DNA of 64,000 nucleotides from a virus (IMGVR_UViG_3300018472_000401:1-64000), one strand, 5' to 3'; positions 17,848-27,897 are shown, numbered from the stretch's first letter. The notes: generated from the sequence alone by a model not told the origin. Program-made: numbers and translations.

Positions 17848-20800
17848 AACTTCCGTGTATTTTTTTCAATCTTGCCCAACCGCTCGTTCATCTCAAACAA
17901 CTGCTTCGTGTTCTTGGCTATCGTTTCAAGATGCCCGACTGCGAGCAAGGCTAAATTTCTAATCTCTTCCATGTTTTCCCGGTTGGCTATCACCTGCAAG
18001 CGGATAATCTTTACATCATCGCTAATCGTAATCAGCGTGATTTTATTCGCCTCCGAGTTGAGTTGTATAGCCGTAAACCGTCCGTTCAGTTCGTCTATGC
18101 TGTCTTGGCTGGCGGTGGCAAAACCCCTCTTGGTGCTGTCCTGCGATGCTGATGAACCCTCGTACATAAGGCTGTCAGCCCACCCGAACTGCCTGTCCAA
18201 GTCCTTTTGCAAGTCCTCTGCCATTTGGTACACATAATCCTGTTCCCATTGGGTAAGCACGTTGTCTGCATAGAACTGTTGCAGCTTCGTGCGTATCTCT
18301 TCCATTTTCTTTGAGGACTGGATTGCAGCCTTGATGCTTTCAGTGACCATCTGCTGCATCATCTTCTTGACTACATCCTTTGCGGACTTCGCCTTGTCGC
18401 TGCCGGAAGCCCAAGCCTCCGCATAGGCGTTTGCGAAGTTGTTTATAGCCGACTTCAAGTCCTCACCGAAAATCGCATCCACAGCCTTTTCCTTGTTCTC
18501 CGCAAGCACACGGTCTATTTCCTCAATCTGCGCTTCCCATTCCTTTATGCGCCCCTCATCGGTCTTTTTCTTGTCCCTTTCTTCCGCTATCTGCTGCCGT
18601 ATCAGGACTTTCTGCTGTTCGAGCAGCTGGTTCTGCTGCTCAATCATCTTTGAGGCATCCTTTGAGTAAGCCTTTTCAACGGAGCGACCCAAATCGTCAT
18701 AGGACTTGTCAAGAACCTCTATTTGTTCTTGTAGTTTCTGTATCTTCTTTTCGTGTTTCGCATCGTGCAGCTTTGCCAGTGCAGAACCGAGAGAGGAAAC
18801 AAGCCCTATGGCTGCTCCTGCCGCTGCGCCCCAAGGACCGAATACCGCCCCGGCTTTTGCACCCGACATCGCTCCGCTGATTGAATCCATCGCCACGTTC
18901 AAGCCCTCTGCTATTCCGTTCATGGTGTCGCTTCCGAAAGCGTCCCCAAGGCTTGAGAACGTATCGGAAAGGAAAGAACCGACCTGTAGCACATCGCCCA
19001 TTCCTTCCTCAATCATCGCAAGACCGTCTTTCAGCTTCTTTGCGTCATCCCCGGCATTGAACACCTTTTTCAGACCGTTCGACATCTTGCTGAAAGCCGT
19101 GTCCGACCTGTCAGCCTCGTTGCGTATGCCGTTTATCGCCTTGCGTATCTTTTCAAGTTCGTCAGGGGATTGGCGCAACGTGTCGAATGTTTCCTTGCTC
19201 ATACCGAACTCAATGCCTTTCGCTTCGTCCCATTCTCCGGCAATGAGGAATTGCAGTGCCTGTTCCCCGGCATCGGCTATCTCACGCATATTCTTTACAG
19301 CCTTGTCGGTCATGTCCTCGAACAATCTGCTTACGGCTGCCGTGCTTTTGTTCGCTTCCACATCGAGTTCCGACAGTTCCCTTTCCATTTGGGCGGCAAG
19401 TGAAAGCCTGTCTCCCTCCGTGGTAGCCTTTGCCATCTGTGCGTTATACAGGTCAATGATTGCCTGGCGTTTCTCCATGTAGTCCCCAAACTCTTTCAGG
19501 TACTCGTTCATGGTCGTGCGCTGGCGTTCCAAAAGTTCCTGCCCCTCGTTGGCTTGCTTCTGTTCGGTGAACTTCTTGCGATTGGAGAAACTTGCGTTTT
19601 CCTCCGGGGTTAGGGTTATGTTAGACCCGTCAAAGGTCTTGCCCTTGTTAGCAGGATTAGCCTCAAATAATGCACGGGCGTTGTCAATCTTCCTTTGCAG
19701 ATAGTCGGCTTTCTCCCGGTCAAGCATTTCAAGTTCTCGCTTGTGGTCGATAGCCATTTGTGCCAGTATCTTTTCTGACCCGTCCTGCATTGCATCAATT
19801 CGGGCTTGTTCTACGGCATACTGCGCATCCTTTTCAGCCCTCGCCTGTTCAACGGCTTGGGAGGCGGTCAAACGCTTGAAATTCGCCATTTTCTTTGCGT
19901 ATTCCTCACGGTCACGCTTGGCTTTGTCGGCTGCGCTCTTGTCCTGTTTTGTGGTGGTGATTTCACCGCCCAGGTTCTTGTAGGCTTTACGGGCTTTTTC
20001 TTCTGCATCGGCAGCATCCTTATACTGCTTTTGGGTGTACTTCGCCTTATCCTTTTTAATGGCATCAAGTTTCTTCTTGGCTTCTTTCCAAGCCTTTGCC
20101 GCTGCATCGTAATCCTGCTTGTAGGTAGTCTGTGCGGCTTTTTCAGCTTCGAGGGAGGCGACCTTGCCCTGTGCCTTTTTCAGATTATCCTGTGCTATAT
20201 CAAATTTGATTTGATACCAAAAGGTCATAACCTGTTTCCCAAACTGATTTTTTATCTTTGCCTGTTCCTCTTCAAGTTTTTTTCGTGCCTTGTTGTACTC
20301 TTCCTCGATTTGAGCAAGGTCGGCTTTAGCCTCCACGATTTTTGTTTCAATAGGTTTGGCTTTCTCTTCGGCTTCTTTCTTTATGCGGTCAATCTCATTA
20401 ACCTGTTCTTGATAGTCATTTACGAAGTCTTTTAACTGCTCAATCTTGTTTTTCAGAAGTCCCGTACCAAGTTTTTTCCTGATGGCATCCTGCGCCTCCT
20501 TTGACATCTTCATCCAATTACCCTCCGCTTGGGATGCTTCCGAGAGTAACCACGTGTAACGCTGCAAATTTTTCTGTGCGTTCTCGTAGGTCTTGCGCTC
20601 CATTTCCTCGTTGAGAGCCTTGCGGACTTCGGTCAGTTCAAGGGCGGCAAGTTTCTCTTGGGTGTACGCATCGGTAATGGCAGGGCAGACCTTTTTCAGT
20701 TCCTCGTATGCTTTCAACTGGGCATAGTCGGTTTCCGTCTTGTCCTGAATGATAGATATAAGTTCATTGACCTTTTGCGCCTCCTCGTCCAGTTTCTTTT

Positions 20801-21941
20801 GGAACTCGTCTTTCTGCTCGTTGAGTTTTTCCTGCGCCTTTTCAGCGTTTGATGCTGTATCAGCGTAGAGGTAGAGAGCCGTAGCAACGCCCACAATTGC
20901 TGCGGCGAGCAGCACGTAAGGATTTGCCCAAGCGGTGATATTGAACGCCTGTTGCGCTGCCGTAAGCAGTCCCAGTTCCTTGCGGAACATCATAACAAGG
21001 CGAATGTTATCTGCGAGGGCTTGCGCTTTCTGAATGACAACGACTGCGGCAAGTATGGCTTTATACGTTCCGTATGCTGCGGCAATAGCAAGGAGGGCAT
21101 TGGCGAACAACTCGTAATGCTTGATTGCTTCCGTGGCAAGGCTGATGCCGTCCACGAACACGCCCTGCTGTTTAGAGCCTATATCGTTGAGCATATCATC
21201 CCAAGCCCCTTGCAGGTTGGAAATTGCGCCTTGCAGACCTTTCGACTGCTTTTCAAGCATACCATTGAACGTGCCGCCCTCCCCGGCTGCGTGGGCGAAA
21301 GCCTCTGCGACCATGTCTGCCGAGATAGCCCCTGCCGACATATCGTCTTTAAGTTCCGAAATGCTCTTGCCCGTGATTTTCGACATTTCCACAAGGGGGT
21401 TGAAACCTGCGTTAATCATCTGCAACAGGTCTTGTCCCATCAGTTTGCCCGTGGAGGACATCTGCGAGAAAGCAAGTACAAGTGAGTTGAATTTCTCGCT
21501 GCTACCCATTGAAATATCGCCTATCTGCCGGAGTATGGGCATGACCTTTTCTGCCTCGACATTGAAGCCGAGGAGCGTTTGCGCACCTTTGGCGAGGTCG
21601 CCCAGTTGCATAGGTGTATTGACGGCAAAATCCTTAATCTCACCGAAAAACTCCTTTGCCTTATCCTTGTTGCCCAACAGGGTTTCAAAGGATATTTCAA
21701 GGGCTTCAATCTCGCCACGGGTCTTGATTACCGAACTGGCGAAAGAGTAAAGTTGCTGTGCCGAGAAATAGGCGACCACCGCTTGCCCGGCTCTGCGGAA
21801 AGCGGTATCAATACGTGCGCCCTCTGCTTCGGCTGTGCTTCCGATGCCGTCAAATATGTCAATAGCCTGTTGCGCTTCTCTGCGCAGTTGGGAATTGTCT
21901 ATCCCAAAGCCGTAGTATTCTCTTCCGTCACTCGTATTCAT
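17844..21941 (-). CDS. Tape measure protein
   Basis: 1365 aa, Ala/Lys/Glu-rich helical; N-terminal tape-measure motif (TPMQLGDLAKGA...GKLMGQDLLQM). Confidence 0.9.
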   Translation of the reverse strand: MNTSDGREYYGFGIDNSQLRREAQQAIDIFDGIGSTAEAEGARIDTAFRRAGQAVVAYFSAQQLYSFASSVIKTRGEIEALEISFETLLGNKDKAKEFFGEIKDFAVNTPMQLGDLAKGAQTLLGFNVEAEKVMPILRQIGDISMGSSEKFNSLVLAFSQMSSTGKLMGQDLLQMINAGFNPLVEMSKITGKSISELKDDMSAGAISADMVAEAFAHAAGEGGTFNGMLEKQSKGLQGAISNLQGAWDDMLNDIGSKQQGVFVDGISLATEAIKHYELFANALLAIAAAYGTYKAILAAVVVIQKAQALADNIRLVMMFRKELGLLTAAQQAFNITAWANPYVLLAAAIVGVATALYLYADTASNAEKAQEKLNEQKDEFQKKLDEEAQKVNELISIIQDKTETDYAQLKAYEELKKVCPAITDAYTQEKLAALELTEVRKALNEEMERKTYENAQKNLQRYTWLLSEASQAEGNWMKMSKEAQDAIRKKLGTGLLKNKIEQLKDFVNDYQEQVNEIDRIKKEAEEKAKPIETKIVEAKADLAQIEEEYNKARKKLEEEQAKIKNQFGKQVMTFWYQIKFDIAQDNLKKAQGKVASLEAEKAAQTTYKQDYDAAAKAWKEAKKKLDAIKKDKAKYTQKQYKDAADAEEKARKAYKNLGGEITTTKQDKSAADKAKRDREEYAKKMANFKRLTASQAVEQARAEKDAQYAVEQARIDAMQDGSEKILAQMAIDHKRELEMLDREKADYLQRKIDNARALFEANPANKGKTFDGSNITLTPEENASFSNRKKFTEQKQANEGQELLERQRTTMNEYLKEFGDYMEKRQAIIDLYNAQMAKATTEGDRLSLAAQMERELSELDVEANKSTAAVSRLFEDMTDKAVKNMREIADAGEQALQFLIAGEWDEAKGIEFGMSKETFDTLRQSPDELEKIRKAINGIRNEADRSDTAFSKMSNGLKKVFNAGDDAKKLKDGLAMIEEGMGDVLQVGSFLSDTFSSLGDAFGSDTMNGIAEGLNVAMDSISGAMSGAKAGAVFGPWGAAAGAAIGLVSSLGSALAKLHDAKHEKKIQKLQEQIEVLDKSYDDLGRSVEKAYSKDASKMIEQQNQLLEQQKVLIRQQIAEERDKKKTDEGRIKEWEAQIEEIDRVLAENKEKAVDAIFGEDLKSAINNFANAYAEAWASGSDKAKSAKDVVKKMMQQMVTESIKAAIQSSKKMEEIRTKLQQFYADNVLTQWEQDYVYQMAEDLQKDLDRQFGWADSLMYEGSSASQDSTKRGFATASQDSIDELNGRFTAIQLNSEANKITLITISDDVKIIRLQVIANRENMEEIRNLALLAVGHLETIAKNTKQLFEMNERLGKIEKNTRKL

Positions 21942-22138
21942 ATAAATTCCTCTTCCTCGTCTGCGTTATCGTTGAAATTATCGGGGTTGTTGGCATCCAG
22001 CCTATCGTCCCATTCCTCTGCCTCCTCATCATCGTAGGAGGGGGCTGCGTAACCGTACATGAGCAGGTTTTCGTAACTCATTTCGTAAAGGACATAATCG
22101 GGGGTGGTGTTGAGCATCTTTGCCCAACTATAAATCAT
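21938..22138 (-). CDS. Tail assembly chaperone second ORF (probable -1 frameshift extension)
   Basis: Lies in the -1 frame of the upstream gene; that frame is open back to a T-TTT-TTC heptamer at 22216-22210. Confidence 0.55.
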   Translation of the reverse strand: MIYSWAKMLNTTPDYVLYEMSYENLLMYGYAAPSYDDEEAEEWDDRLDANNPDNFNDNADEEEEFI

Positions 22139-22680
22139 TCCCCAGATGCTGTCGCCACTTCCTTTGTCCTTTTTAGCAGATTTGCTTCGCTGAGGGAAGT
22201 GGTAAGCCCGAAAAAATCGCTAATCTCCAAGTTGTTGAGCCGTTTGGTAACAAGTTCCCGGAGCGTTTTAGGCGAGCAGCCCTCCAACACCAGCGTTGAG
22301 AGGTGTTCCAACTCGTCCACCTCCACCTGCTCCTTGCGGTAATAGACCGTTTCCAAGCGCAATCTCTTCCACGAGAACACACGCTTGGGGACAACCTTAT
22401 CTACAAGCACTTTTCTATGCTCGTTCACCCTCTTTGCACCGAGAATGAGGGTCGCCACAATCTTGCCCAGCACCTTGCAGTTTTTAGCCTTGTTCAAGAC
22501 CTCAAACAAGATGTTGTCGGCATCAATCCTGACCTCCGGCATCCCGGCAATCAGTTCCGAAATGAGTATGATTGTTGCGGTGGACGGGGGCGCAATGGGG
22601 TACACGTTCCCGTCTATCTCCAAGCTGTCGCTTGAACGCTGCAAGATGGTGTCTGCTACTTTCTTTTCTATCGTTTCCAT
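22135..22680 (-). CDS. Tail assembly chaperone
   Basis: Position between the major tail gene and the TMP; slippery heptamer near the 3' end. Confidence 0.6.
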   Translation of the reverse strand: METIEKKVADTILQRSSDSLEIDGNVYPIAPPSTATIILISELIAGMPEVRIDADNILFEVLNKAKNCKVLGKIVATLILGAKRVNEHRKVLVDKVVPKRVFSWKRLRLETVYYRKEQVEVDELEHLSTLVLEGCSPKTLRELVTKRLNNLEISDFFGLTTSLSEANLLKRTKEVATASGE

Positions 22681-22700
22681 GTCGATATGTTTTTAATTAG

Positions 22701-22766
22701 AGAGGCTTCCGGGGGTCGAACCCGGTTTCACCCGTGGGTGCGTCTTACCTAATAGACGAAAGCCCC
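22701..22766 (-). ncRNA. tRNA-like cloverleaf lacking an anticodon loop
   Basis: Acceptor GGGGCTT/AAGCCTC; D arm GTCT-ATTAGGTA-AGAC; stub arm CACCC-AC-GGGTG; T arm CCGGG-TTCGACC-CCCGG. Confidence 0.6.
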
Positions 22767-22772
22767 TGCCGT

Positions 22773-23303
22773 TTACGCTCCTGCTTGAGCAGCTTTCTTA
22801 AAGCGGCTGTACCAGTAATCCTGCGCACCCTTCAAAATCTCAAATTCAAGGTCTGCGTAGTTACCGTCCTCTTCGGAGTAACCCGGCTTGAAAGCAATAG
22901 AGGAAAGAGGTACTTTGATACCTCGTGCGCCTACGTTCTTTGGCGTTACCTTAACAGACCAGTCGCCATCGACAAGGTGGGTTTTCACCTTGAAATCGCC
23001 CTTGTCCTCGCCCTCTGCGGTAACTTCCTCACCCAATCCGAGGGTGCTGTAAAGTTCATCAGGCTCAATGACACGGGTTTTCAGAGTGAAGCCGCCCTCC
23101 TGAACTTCCTTGGCGACCGTTTCGCCCCCGGTGGCTTTCATTTCGAGAGCATCACCGTCAGACGGTTCAAGTGTGGTGGACTTGTCTTTGATAACACCAA
23201 TAGACTTCAATTCCGTGCCGTTAAAGGCATCGTCAGCCCCGGTCGGTGCAATCTCAATGGTACACTTCGACCAAGCCATAATGATTTTCTGTCTTTTTGT
23301 CAT
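22773..23303 (-). CDS. Major tail tube protein
   Basis: 176 aa; position between the neck genes and the chaperone/TMP; beta-rich. Confidence 0.7.
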   Translation of the reverse strand: MTKRQKIIMAWSKCTIEIAPTGADDAFNGTELKSIGVIKDKSTTLEPSDGDALEMKATGGETVAKEVQEGGFTLKTRVIEPDELYSTLGLGEEVTAEGEDKGDFKVKTHLVDGDWSVKVTPKNVGARGIKVPLSSIAFKPGYSEEDGNYADLEFEILKGAQDYWYSRFKKAAQAGA

Positions 23304-23304
23304 A

Positions 23305-23721
23305 TCAGTTAAATGTTATGTACTTAAATTCAATAGTTATGTTCACAAAATGCTGCTTTATAGTCTCAGCATTTATCGTTTCAGTGCCTTTTGAAAGGTC
23401 AAATTCATAGTCGGTGTCAGCCTCGTTAAGCACGTCAATTATCTGCTCGTCAAGTTCGGAGAGAGCGGTGAGCCTATCCTTGTCGGGGACGGGTCGCCCA
23501 CTTCCGTTATCGAGGTCAGGAACGTAGATGTTTATCCTTGCTATGCCGTCCTGTATCTGCTCTGCCGTAGCGTTAGACACGGTAAGCACCGCATCCTCCA
23601 CTTTGGAATCAGCCGGACGGCAGTCGCTGGGGTAAAACTTACCCGAAATTTTCCCCTCAAAAAAATGTTCGAGCGCATCGTACATTTCCTGCTCAATTCT
23701 TGATGTAGCCTTTCTTGCCAT
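23305..23721 (-). CDS. Tail terminator-like protein
   Basis: Synteny and size. Confidence 0.5.
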   Translation of the reverse strand: MARKATSRIEQEMYDALEHFFEGKISGKFYPSDCRPADSKVEDAVLTVSNATAEQIQDGIARINIYVPDLDNGSGRPVPDKDRLTALSELDEQIIDVLNEADTDYEFDLSKGTETINAETIKQHFVNITIEFKYITFN

Positions 23722-23723
23722 TG

Positions 23724-24161
23724 CTATAACTTTAACGCCTTACACAACTTGGGGAGCATCTTCTTGGAAAGCATTTCTGCGGACTCCAGCACATCGAGGC
23801 TCATTGCCTCCACGTAGCCAGCGTAACTCATTCCTGCAACCATGATGAACACCAGCCCCTTTGAATTTTCACTTATCAGCTTACGGAGGAACTTGCGCCC
23901 CTCTTCCGCACCTTTCTTTCCGTTGCCTACAACCTCGAACTTGCTCATCGAAAGCACCTTGCCGTTATCCAATATGCAGTAGCCTATGGAACTGGTAAGG
24001 TTTCCCGTTTGGCGGTGGTACTTGTGTTGTGTCCGGGCTACCTCCAAAGCTGCTTCACCAACGTATATGTAGTTGTTGATGATAACCTGCCTTTTCATCG
24101 CCATTTGGTTTTCCACAAATTCCTTTGCGTGTCCTTTGGGTGTAAGCCTCTTTACGCTCAT
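23724..24161 (-). CDS. HK97 gp10-like neck/tail completion protein
   Basis: QTGNLTSSIGY and AGMSYAGYVE motifs. Confidence 0.65.
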   Translation of the reverse strand: MSVKRLTPKGHAKEFVENQMAMKRQVIINNYIYVGEAALEVARTQHKYHRQTGNLTSSIGYCILDNGKVLSMSKFEVVGNGKKGAEEGRKFLRKLISENSKGLVFIMVAGMSYAGYVEAMSLDVLESAEMLSKKMLPKLCKALKL

Positions 24162-24481
24162 ACGGTAACTTTTACAGCCTCTACATAGTCGAGGTGTTGA
24201 ACATCCTGTACTTGGAACTTGCCAATCACCGTCCCCCGGTTGTCGGTCAGAATGACCGTTTCATCCGTGAAGTGGGGGCAGTCGAGAGGGTCAATCAAAA
24301 CCTCAAATGAAGCCTGTGTAAACACATTGTCTATGATTTTGCCCCTCTTATTGTCTTGCAGGGTCTTGATGTTACAGACTATCGGGTCGCCCGGTGTTTC
24401 CACAACCGGAACAGGTTTGCCGTGAGCCATGCCGCCACCAGTCTTTTTGACAATCTGCAATGTTCCGTTTTCGATAATCAT
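24158..24481 (-). CDS. Head closure-like protein
   Basis: Synteny and size. Confidence 0.45.
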   Translation of the reverse strand: MIIENGTLQIVKKTGGGMAHGKPVPVVETPGDPIVCNIKTLQDNKRGKIIDNVFTQASFEVLIDPLDCPHFTDETVILTDNRGTVIGKFQVQDVQHLDYVEAVKVTV

Positions 24482-24804
24482 AAGTCCTCACCTTTATATC
24501 CGTAAGTAACCCCTAATCCATCGGCATTGTCGCCTATTTCGTCAAGGATGCTCTCTGCCTCCTGCCTGAACCGTCTGCGGTCTTCGTCCGAAAAGCTGTA
24601 GGTGATGCCGCCCTGCGACACGTTGGGGGCTTTAGAGAGGTAGATGTACACACGGGCTTTCGCACGTTTGAACTCTTTGCTCCCCCGAAGTTCCTTTGTC
24701 GCTTCGGCATCAACGCTAATCCCTACCTCATCGGCTACATCTTGAATGGTAGCCAATGGGATAGGGTAGCCGGACAGACTTTTCAAAGATTGCAGTACGT
24801 TCAT
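24478..24804 (-). CDS. Head-tail connector-like protein
   Basis: Follows the capsid gene; NVSQGGITYS motif. Confidence 0.55.
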   Translation of the reverse strand: MNVLQSLKSLSGYPIPLATIQDVADEVGISVDAEATKELRGSKEFKRAKARVYIYLSKAPNVSQGGITYSFSDEDRRRFRQEAESILDEIGDNADGLGVTYGYKGEDL

Positions 24805-24806
24805 GC

Positions 24807-25916
24807 TTACTCAGTTTCTCCGTTGTTCCAATTCGTGTTCGTGGTGTTGATGAACACCAGTGAAGCACGGTTAATCAAGCCGGGCTGAACGTAGGCTTCT
24901 GCCATAGTAACCTCCAACATAGGGTTGAGGTCGGAGTAACGGGTCATCTTGTAGTACGATGCTTGCTGCTGCAACGCCTCCGTGTTAGGCACGTTAGGCA
25001 CGGGCTTATAATAAGTCCAGCCAAGCTGCGGCACGGGAGCCAGCGCAACCGTATTGACATTCCACGGCTTGATAGTTTCCTGCGAGCCGTCCTTGTGTTC
25101 GATGGTTGCGTAGGTGTCAAGCACGAGGAACTGGGGATAACCCTTACCGTTCATGTAGCTGTTCACGCTGGAGAGGTTAATCATGTCAGCGGTGACAAGG
25201 TTTTGGTCGTAGCGAGGGAACAATCTGCGAGCAACGGACTTCTGCTGGATAAGTTCCTCAAACTTGGCTTTTTCCAAAATCGCATACTTGGGTTTTTTCA
25301 AGCCCTTTTTGCCGACTTTCTCCGCTGCATCCGCAACATCTTTCAAGCCGTCAGCCTTTTCCGCATCGCTCCAAGCGACCTTAACACCGATGAAGTTCTC
25401 CTTGGGTACGTTGAAATTAATAACGTCCTCCGTAGCCATGTCGCCCTCAATGCTCTTCGGGAAAGTCTGAATACCGTTTGAGCCGATGCGCATTGCATCA
25501 ATCTCAACCTTGTAGTCCATGGCATTGTTGCAGAAGTCCAAATCGTCATAGACAATATCAACCAGGTAACGGGCGGTTGCAGCATCCTCCGTGTTAGCGG
25601 CTGCGATAGTCTGCAAGTCGTTGTACTCGTTGATTTCAATCTCGTCTTTCTCACGGCTCACCGCAATCTTAGACAACTTTCCGCTCCATGAGCCGACCGT
25701 CTTACGTGTCTTTTTGGGGGCTTTCGTGTTGAATGCGACACGGTCTGCCGACACGGGGATGCCCTCGTTGCCCTCCAGTCCTTTCAGGTCGAACTTGGGG
25801 GTGTACTTTAACGGGAACAGGGTGCGCCAAGCAAGCCCGTTACCCGGTTTGTATGAATTGACAGCAACCTGCATTCCGGGCTGGTCGATGTCAAAAAGGG
25901 GTTTGTTCATTGCCAT
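24807..25916 (-). CDS. Major capsid protein (lambda gpE-like family)
   Basis: 369 aa; position after the scaffold and decoration genes. Confidence 0.8.
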   Translation of the reverse strand: MAMNKPLFDIDQPGMQVAVNSYKPGNGLAWRTLFPLKYTPKFDLKGLEGNEGIPVSADRVAFNTKAPKKTRKTVGSWSGKLSKIAVSREKDEIEINEYNDLQTIAAANTEDAATARYLVDIVYDDLDFCNNAMDYKVEIDAMRIGSNGIQTFPKSIEGDMATEDVINFNVPKENFIGVKVAWSDAEKADGLKDVADAAEKVGKKGLKKPKYAILEKAKFEELIQQKSVARRLFPRYDQNLVTADMINLSSVNSYMNGKGYPQFLVLDTYATIEHKDGSQETIKPWNVNTVALAPVPQLGWTYYKPVPNVPNTEALQQQASYYKMTRYSDLNPMLEVTMAEAYVQPGLINRASLVFINTTNTNWNNGETE

Positions 25917-25931
25917 ATATCAATCCTCCTT

Positions 25932-26483
25932 TTACACAAGTGCAATCATCGGCAGCAATGCGGCTACCTCGCTGGCTACATTAGCCGTTTCCTTTCTCAA
26001 ATTCGCACCGTTGATAAGGCGCACGGACTGGTCTCCCTCTTTTGCTTCGAGGCGGTTGCCTGTAACGTACACGGGAGTGTAGATAGGCTCTGCCGCATCT
26101 GCGCTTGCCGCCTTTGCCTGATAGAGGACAGTCCCGGCATCAATATCGACACCGAGCGTTACCGTTACGACATCCTTGTCCGTGGCAGAGGTATCGACAG
26201 CGGTACAAGCCACAGCCTTTTTGCCGATGCCGATAACATCACCAACAGAGATGCCGCTGCCCTTTGCGATGTTGATAGTGTCGTCCGCTTCAGCGACTGC
26301 ACCAACAAGGCGGTAGCCCTTAATCAGCACGAACTTTCCGTTTTTCTCCCCGACAGCTGTTGTGGGGGGAGCATCGAAAGATGGATTTTCTACCAATCCA
26401 CCTCCGGGCTTTTCAGCGAATACCTGCTCAATGTAGATAGGCTCAACCTTGGCAGGGTCTTGGTGTTTGAAATTTACTTCCAT
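25932..26483 (-). CDS. Head decoration / head fibre protein
   Basis: Position between scaffold and capsid genes. Confidence 0.5.
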   Translation of the reverse strand: MEVNFKHQDPAKVEPIYIEQVFAEKPGGGLVENPSFDAPPTTAVGEKNGKFVLIKGYRLVGAVAEADDTINIAKGSGISVGDVIGIGKKAVACTAVDTSATDKDVVTVTLGVDIDAGTVLYQAKAASADAAEPIYTPVYVTGNRLEAKEGDQSVRLINGANLRKETANVASEVAALLPMIALV

Positions 26484-26485
26484 TG

Positions 26486-27199
26486 TTATTTGGTAGTTTC
26501 TGTTGCCAACCCTTGAATGGCGGGGGTTGCCGTTGCCGCCTCACGTTCTTTGATGCGAGCCTCCAAGTACGGGTTTTTCTCCTCGCCCTTGCCACCAGCT
26601 GCACCTGCTTTCGGTCTTGTTACGACACCGCCCTTTGCTTGGTACTCATTCGTGATGGCTTCGACATCAGGAGTGATTTCCCCAATCCAGTTGTTGAAAT
26701 CTTCATCATCCTTGAATGTCATACGTGCAAAGTCCTTTTCGTAACGCTGACGGATTTTTTCGGGAGCGTCTTTCAGGATTGCGTCAAGCGATGATTTACG
26801 GCTTGTGGCAATCTTTTCGCCTTTCATGGCAGCGACCTCGCAAAGAAGTTGCTCGTTGGACTTAACCAACGCTTTAGCCCAAGCAGGCATTTCCTCCTCA
26901 CCGGGCTTCGTTTCCTCGTTAGGCTTTGGCTGCTCCGTAGGTTTCGGCTCTTCGACCTTTTTTCCGTCTTTCAGACCATGTTTTTTCTCGTAGTTGGTGA
27001 CTGCGGTCTGCTGCGCTTCCGTAGCACGGCTGTCCCCGTAACTTTCGAGAACTTGCTGGAATGTTACCCCCTCGACAGCGGTTGCAACATCTTCCTGCTT
27101 TGTTACAGTCTTGGCGAGTTTGTCGGCAATCCTGTTCAAAATTGCTTCACTGACCCCCTCAAATTTGGCTTTCAGTGCCTCTAAAATTTCCTTTTTCAT
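26486..27199 (-). CDS. Capsid scaffolding protein
   Basis: Charged, low-complexity, first gene of the head operon. Confidence 0.6.
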   Translation of the reverse strand: MKKEILEALKAKFEGVSEAILNRIADKLAKTVTKQEDVATAVEGVTFQQVLESYGDSRATEAQQTAVTNYEKKHGLKDGKKVEEPKPTEQPKPNEETKPGEEEMPAWAKALVKSNEQLLCEVAAMKGEKIATSRKSSLDAILKDAPEKIRQRYEKDFARMTFKDDEDFNNWIGEITPDVEAITNEYQAKGGVVTRPKAGAAGGKGEEKNPYLEARIKEREAATATPAIQGLATETTK

Positions 27200-27220
27200 G
27201 CTTATAAACTAATTAGTTTA

Positions 27221-27264
27221 TGCAAAGGTAACACAAAATTTGCGAAACGCTTATATTACAAGCG
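27221..27264 (-). promoter_or_regulatory. Late promoter of the head-tail operon with palindromic box B
   Basis: TACCTTTGCA at 27230-27221; CGCTTATATTACAAGCG at 27248-27264. Confidence 0.6.
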
Positions 27265-27338
27265 GAAAATTTGTTTATTTCGGGGATTTTTATAATAGCC
27301 AAGAAACTTGGAAGTTATACAAAATCAATAAAAAAGTT

Positions 27339-27354
27339 TATAAAAAAGTTCCGA
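27339..27354 (+). promoter_or_regulatory. Repressor-operator-like site
   Basis: TATAAAAAAGTTCCGA, 15/16 identical to the switch-region site at 53415-53430 (reverse complement TAGAAAAAAGTTCCGA). Confidence 0.55.
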
Positions 27355-27396
27355 AAAAGTTTGGTTATTTCAAAATAAAGCACGAACTTCGCGGTG

Positions 27397-27413
27397 TGCT
27401 TACAAAATAAGCA
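27397..27413 (+). promoter_or_regulatory. Palindromic box D at the start of the + strand operon
   Basis: TGCTTACAAAATAAGCA (GTGCTTA/TAAGCAC perfect arms), just after TTTG-N20-GAACTTCG. Confidence 0.55.
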
Positions 27414-27440
27414 CCTCCACAACAACAAAAAATTGAAGAA

Positions 27441-27683
27441 ATGAAAAAGAGTAGCGTTTTGAAGTACACTAAGAGTTTCATAAATAGAAACTACCGTTTG
27501 AAAGTTTATGGTATGGATGCCAACGGCAACCGCATCAACAAGTTGGTCGGTGTTGCAGGGCTTATCGCCCTTATCGGAATTGAGTTCGTGAACAAATTTA
27601 TCGAAAGGGCAGAAAAGGCTATGGCTGACAAGTGCGTGTGCAAACTTCGCAGAGGATTACAGGTATCACTTTACAGCAAATAA
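27441..27683 (+). CDS. Hypothetical basic protein; sRNA-seed site upstream
   Basis: ORF; CTCCACAACAAC at 27415-27426. Confidence 0.65.
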   Translation: MKKSSVLKYTKSFINRNYRLKVYGMDANGNRINKLVGVAGLIALIGIEFVNKFIERAEKAMADKCVCKLRRGLQVSLYSK

Positions 27684-27687
27684 TCTT

Positions 27688-27897
27688 ATGGCAATCAATT
27701 ACAGAAAATTAAAGGCTCAAATTAAGCCTTTTAAGCCGGAAGCAAAGCACTCCGGCTACATCTTCCTCGCAACTGACGAGCAAAAACGTAACGGCATTGA
27801 TACCATTGCAAAGCCGGGTAGCAAACGTAGTTTCGTCAAGGTTATGACGTGGTTTGTAAACAACTATAAAGAATATCGGGAGGAGTTCAGCCTATGA
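27688..27897 (+). CDS. Hypothetical protein
   Basis: ORF in a tightly packed operon. Confidence 0.6.
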   Translation: MAINYRKLKAQIKPFKPEAKHSGYIFLATDEQKRNGIDTIAKPGSKRSFVKVMTWFVNNYKEYREEFSL

